From Candidatus Latescibacterota bacterium (GTDB taxonomy: Bacteria; Latescibacterota; UBA2968), in contig OZ242010.1 in NCBI GenBank assembly GCA_965204745.1, forward strand, positions 1,792,001 to 1,856,000: a DNA stretch of 64,000 bases. Direction: 5' to 3'. Made by a program: the position numbers and the translations under genes. Position 1 is the stretch's first letter; each line of letters begins with the position of its first letter. Shown in pieces: positions 60,375-64,000 of this stretch. The notes beneath the pieces were generated by a model that worked only from the letters and a program-made list of their open reading frames with translations, ran no database searches and was not told the DNA's origin.

Positions 60375-61154
60375 TCACTCCGGTTCGAGGACGCCGCGAT
60401 CCATTTCGTACCAGAACACGTCGCCGGATTCAATGCTGTCCTGAACCCGGTTGTCTCGATGCACCCCGGATACCGCGGCATAGGCGCGTTTGTCCGTGAA
60501 CCGCGTCAAGAACTCGGCGTTGCGAATGGCCCTGGTCGTATCCCTTCCGTTGACTGTGAATGAAATTTCCACGGCGATGTAGCAGGTTTCGCCCGCTTGG
60601 TCTGTGGCCTCCATAACTAGGTCGGCCCTTCGGAAACTTCTCAGTTCGTTTGTGGGAATGCCAGAGGTATCAGCGGAATCGATCAGATCCCAGAGGTCTT
60701 CACGCAAGAGGGTTTTCGTCCGCCGCATGCCCATCTCTCGGGCGATGAGCGTCGCATCTTCAATAGCGGCATTGCTGGCGAGAATGCCTTTGACCTCTCC
60801 CAGACTGGCCTCGATTCTGTTGAACCGCTTGTCCGTGGCTTCAACATGGTGGTCGAATCGCTGCTCGAGATGGTCAAATCGTTGCTCGAGTTTGTCGAAC
60901 CGCTGCTCAAGATGGTCAAATCGTTGCTCGAGTTTGTCGAACCGCTGCTCGAGATGATCAAATCGCTTATTGGTGGCTTCGACAAATTTGTTCATCTCCG
61001 CGACGAATTTGTTCATCTCGGTGGCGAACTGCGTAAATTTTTCGGGCAATTCGATCAATTCGCTGGACAGTAGCCGAACGCGCAAGGCTTCGGCCCACTC
61101 GGGTTTTTCGTCCAACAACTGTATCAAATCCTCGATGGTGTCAATGGTGTGCAT
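60375..61154 (-). CDS. heptad-repeat coiled-coil protein with C-terminal PD-(D/E)XK-like domain
   Basis: (FDHLEQR/FDKLEQR)n; ADLVME...YIAVEIS; GAGGAGG RBS. Confidence 0.8.
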   Translation of the reverse strand: MHTIDTIEDLIQLLDEKPEWAEALRVRLLSSELIELPEKFTQFATEMNKFVAEMNKFVEATNKRFDHLEQRFDKLEQRFDHLEQRFDKLEQRFDHLEQRFDHHVEATDKRFNRIEASLGEVKGILASNAAIEDATLIAREMGMRRTKTLLREDLWDLIDSADTSGIPTNELRSFRRADLVMEATDQAGETCYIAVEISFTVNGRDTTRAIRNAEFLTRFTDKRAYAAVSGVHRDNRVQDSIESGDVFWYEMDRGVLEPE

Positions 61155-61190
61155 ACCCCCTCCTCGGTTGGCGTGTCATCAATTTCCGTA

Positions 61191-61219
61191 AAAGTATCCA
61201 ACTCTGCTTCTAAAGTCAA
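61191..61219 (-). promoter_or_regulatory. possible sigma70 promoter abutting the E2 right end
   Basis: TTGACT-N17-TACTTT upstream of the 61154 ATG. Confidence 0.5.
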
Positions 61220-61377
61220 CCGCTCCTTCAAATCGTAACATCTTGTAACATCTTGTCACAAATCGCACAATTTGAATAGACGCTTCATCGGGTCAGCGTC
61301 CAAGCACATACAACCTCTTGTCCGTCTTACAACACCTCCACATCCGTTTTTTACTTGCTCGGTCAAGCTAGCCGCGC
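61200..61377 (-). ncRNA. predicted stand-alone omegaRNA
   Basis: colinear blocks shared with E1: AAACGGATGTGGAGG, TAAGACGGACA, GAGGTTGTA, TGGACGC, GAAGCGTC; boundaries approximate. Confidence 0.75.
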
Positions 61378-61706
61378 AAGTGATAGTTGGTTGTTACCAT
61401 CATTCCTTTGGATTTTACACTGGCAGGAGATTTTAGGTCTGTCGCTTGGTTATCGCTGTCACAGACGTGCCTTTGCCAGCAACCACATATCCCGCTTCAC
61501 TTGTCAAAGAACAAGAACAACAAAAAATCCGCCGATGGTTGATTCCAAAGCAAGGCTTTGCCACCGGCGGAATGAGACAGATACAAAAATGGCCTTGCTT
61601 TTGGAATCACACCTTAGATGACCGCAAACCGCAAAGGGTTTCACCTTTTTGTGCGATTTGTGATGATTTGTTGCGATTTGTTGCGATTTTCGCACACTGT
61701 TAAAAA
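61220..61706 (-). mobile_element. protein-less IS607-like element (E2)
   Basis: left end GG|TTTTTAACAGT with AAATCGCAAC 10-bp repeats; right end ATTTGAAGGAGCGG identical to E1; 15-bp perfect subterminal IR (61256-70 / 61649-63). Confidence 0.85.
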
Positions 61707-62007
61707 CCCCTTTGCTTCAATTAGTAGCTAGTGCCCATACATCTCGCCTTTGAACGGGCTGTCGCCAGTTGTACCTCGCTCGTGTTTTTTGAGGCTCATT
61801 CGCTTTTTGTATTTCTTTCGACAGGCACAGGGGCCTAGCCCTACGGTTGATGGAAGCAGGGTGGCCTTCTCCCTCCTTGTATCTTGGCAGTCAGCACATA
61901 CATTGCCTTGGGGTGGAAGGGTGGGGGCTGACCACTGACCACTGACTACTGACCACTGACCACTGTCTCTTCCCTCTCCCTTCTTACGTCTTGCTTCCCG
62001 CTTCTCC

Positions 62008-64000
62008 ATGACCGACTGGATATTACAACTCTTGACCGGTGAACGCGCTGCCGAGTACCGAGATGCGTGGTTTGTGTTGGACATTGCATGGCCCGTGGCA
62101 GGGGTGCTGCTCGGCGTTGCGTTTTGCGCGAGTGCGTGGTTTTGGCACAGGCGGTTGCCCGCGTTCCCAAAGGCGTTGATCGGGGTGCGCGTGTTGGCAT
62201 TGGTGCTGGTGCTGTTTTTGGCGATGGGGCCCACGCTCGTGGCGCGGCGGTTGGAGCCGGGGACGCATTTCGTGCCGGTGCTGTTCGACGATTCCCGCAG
62301 CATGAGCGTGTCCGAATACGGCGATCAGACGCGCGCAGAGCGATTCGTGCAGGCGTACCGCGCATCCGGATTTGAGGACGCCTTGGCGCGGACGCATCGG
62401 GTCGTGCGGTTTCGGTTTGGCGAGAACACCGCGCGAGTCAATGGTGTTGCGGACCTCGGCTTTGATCAGGCGCAGTCGGATATCGCGGGCGCAGTGCGTG
62501 CGGTGATCGGACAAATGGCCGGCGCGGAACTGTCGGCGGTGGTGGTGTTCAGCGATGGGGTGCAGCAAAGCGATGCGCCCGTGCAACTGAAGGAGTTGCC
62601 CGGTGACGTGCCCGTGTTTGCCGTGGGAACGGGGCGCGACGACCGTTGGCGCGACTTGGCATTGGTCGATGTGGCTACCGCCCGGGTGCGCGACGACGAA
62701 GTGGCGGTGACAGCGCGGGTGGTCGCCGAGGGCATGACCGGGGAAAATGTGCGCGTTGAAACCCGGGCCGGCGGGCGCGTCGTGGCGTCGGCCTCACTTG
62801 CGATTTCAGGGGAGAAGGAAGAACACTACGTCCGCCTGAAATTTCAGCCGAGGGCCGAGGGCTGGCGGGTCTATCGCGTGCAGACGCGCCTGGCAGATAC
62901 CACGAGCGCGAAAGACCGCATCGCCGCGAATAATGCGCGGGATATTTTGGTGGATCAGCGCGCGCGGGTGTTTCGCATTTTGTACTTTAGCGGGCGGCCA
63001 AATTGGGAGGGCAAGTTTTTGCGCCGCGCATTGGATGGGGATCGGCAGTTGGCCTTGTCGAGCCTGCTCCGCATTTCCGGGCCCGAGCGCAAGTTCGTGT
63101 TTCAGGGGCGCGATGCGACGATGGCGAATCCCCTGTTTGAGGGCTTTGACGATCAGGCGTTGAACGCGCCGCGCTACGACGAGGCCGTGTTCATCCGCAT
63201 CGGCGTGTCCAAATCCGCGTTGGCGAGTGGGTATCCGTCTGATGCCGCCGAGCTTTTTCGCTACGATCTGGTGATTTGGGGGGACATCGAGCGCGATTTC
63301 TTTTCCCTTGCCCAACTCAATTTGACGCGGGAATTTGTGTCCAAACGCGGGGGGAGCTTCTTGATGCTGGGCGGGCCGCGCGCGTACTCTGAAGGCGGGT
63401 GGGCGCGGTCGAGCATCGAGCCGTTGTTGCCTATCGCGCTGGGGCCTGCGGGCGATTACGACGACATCGCCTTTCGCGCAAAGCCGACCATTGACGGCCT
63501 CTTGTCCGGGGTGTGGTCATTGGGCGAAAATGCCGCAGTCAATGCGGAGCGATGGGCGAATTTGGCGTCGCTTTACGGGGTCAATGCGTTTGCGTCTGTG
63601 CGGGCGGGCGCGACTGTGATGGCGACTGTGGAATCCGAATCCGACGGTGTTCATGGGCAACCCCTGTTCGCGTGGCAGCGGTACGGCGAGGGCTTGAGCG
63701 CGGCCTTGGGCACGGGCGAGACGTGGCAATGGCAGATGATGCAAGACGATGAGGACGCGGCACACGAACGCTTTTGGCGGCAACTGGCGCGGCTACTGGT
63801 CATGCGCGTGCCCGAGCCCGTGGCGATGATCCACAGCGGCGAGGATGCGCTGGTGGGCGAGATGCAGGCGTTGAAATTTGCGGTGCGCGATTCCCTGTTT
63901 GAACCCCGCGAGGGCCTGTCTGTGACCGTGCAGGTCGAGGCGGAAAATGGCGGTGTCGTCACCTTGCCGGTTTCCGAGTCTCTCGCCGAGGTGGGGGCTT
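62008..64000 (+). CDS. vWA + glutamine amidotransferase-like membrane protein (3' truncated by window edge; not in the ORF track)
   Basis: MTDWILQLL..., LFDDSRSM MIDAS, FSDG, GRPNWEGKFLRRAL, FLMLGGP, TWQWQM..HERFWRQL. Confidence 0.85.
   Translation, partial: MTDWILQLLTGERAAEYRDAWFVLDIAWPVAGVLLGVAFCASAWFWHRRLPAFPKALIGVRVLALVLVLFLAMGPTLVARRLEPGTHFVPVLFDDSRSMSVSEYGDQTRAERFVQAYRASGFEDALARTHRVVRFRFGENTARVNGVADLGFDQAQSDIAGAVRAVIGQMAGAELSAVVVFSDGVQQSDAPVQLKELPGDVPVFAVGTGRDDRWRDLALVDVATARVRDDEVAVTARVVAEGMTGENVRVETRAGGRVVASASLAISGEKEEHYVRLKFQPRAEGWRVYRVQTRLADTTSAKDRIAANNARDILVDQRARVFRILYFSGRPNWEGKFLRRALDGDRQLALSSLLRISGPERKFVFQGRDATMANPLFEGFDDQALNAPRYDEAVFIRIGVSKSALASGYPSDAAELFRYDLVIWGDIERDFFSLAQLNLTREFVSKRGGSFLMLGGPRAYSEGGWARSSIEPLLPIALGPAGDYDDIAFRAKPTIDGLLSGVWSLGENAAVNAERWANLASLYGVNAFASVRAGATVMATVESESDGVHGQPLFAWQRYGEGLSAALGTGETWQWQMMQDDEDAAHERFWRQLARLLVMRVPEPVAMIHSGEDALVGEMQALKFAVRDSLFEPREGLSVTVQVEAENGGVVTLPVSESLAEVGA

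Noticed and set aside
61355-61703. ORFs 61355-61621, 61446-61703 and 61504-61695
   Set aside because: No convincing RBS or family signature; they run through end repeats and RNA stems.
61377-61706. Group I intron (IStron) in E2
   Set aside because: No P7/R/S core recognised and the element is intergenic; a covariance search is still worthwhile.
1-64000. tRNA, rRNA, prophage, retron or DGR
   Set aside because: No recognisable signatures, reverse transcriptase, integrase or phage structural genes.

Overview
Bacterial chromosomal window (GC-rich core genes with lower-GC accessory islands). The many sulfatases, PhyH dioxygenases, amidohydrolases, TA/RM remnants and intergenic repeats resemble host-associated (e.g. 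sponge-symbiont) lineages; this is inference only. Core genes: proC-hisH-hisF-proB-ftsB-recO, valS, a DAHP synthase, argR-argC-argB-argD with ARG boxes, and a DUF58/vWA/coiled-coil cluster. Accessory content: a Type IIB/IIG-like RM pair, an orphaned EcoRV-like methylase, a HipA-kinase pair, hicAB, several toxin pseudogenes, a TIR-like ORF and a poly-C-interrupted secreted protein. Most notable is a pair of related IS607-type elements. One (10785-12152) encodes an intact TnpB with its omegaRNA but no transposase. The other (61220-61706, minus strand) encodes no protein but keeps both ends and a clearly homologous omegaRNA, and carries two additional structured non-coding modules where the genes would be. 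It is a candidate trans-acting, possibly riboregulated guide-RNA element. The window also contains IS5-derived MITE shells with interchangeable repeat cargoes. No CRISPR array, rRNA or tRNA was recognised. All calls are by eye; no searches were run.
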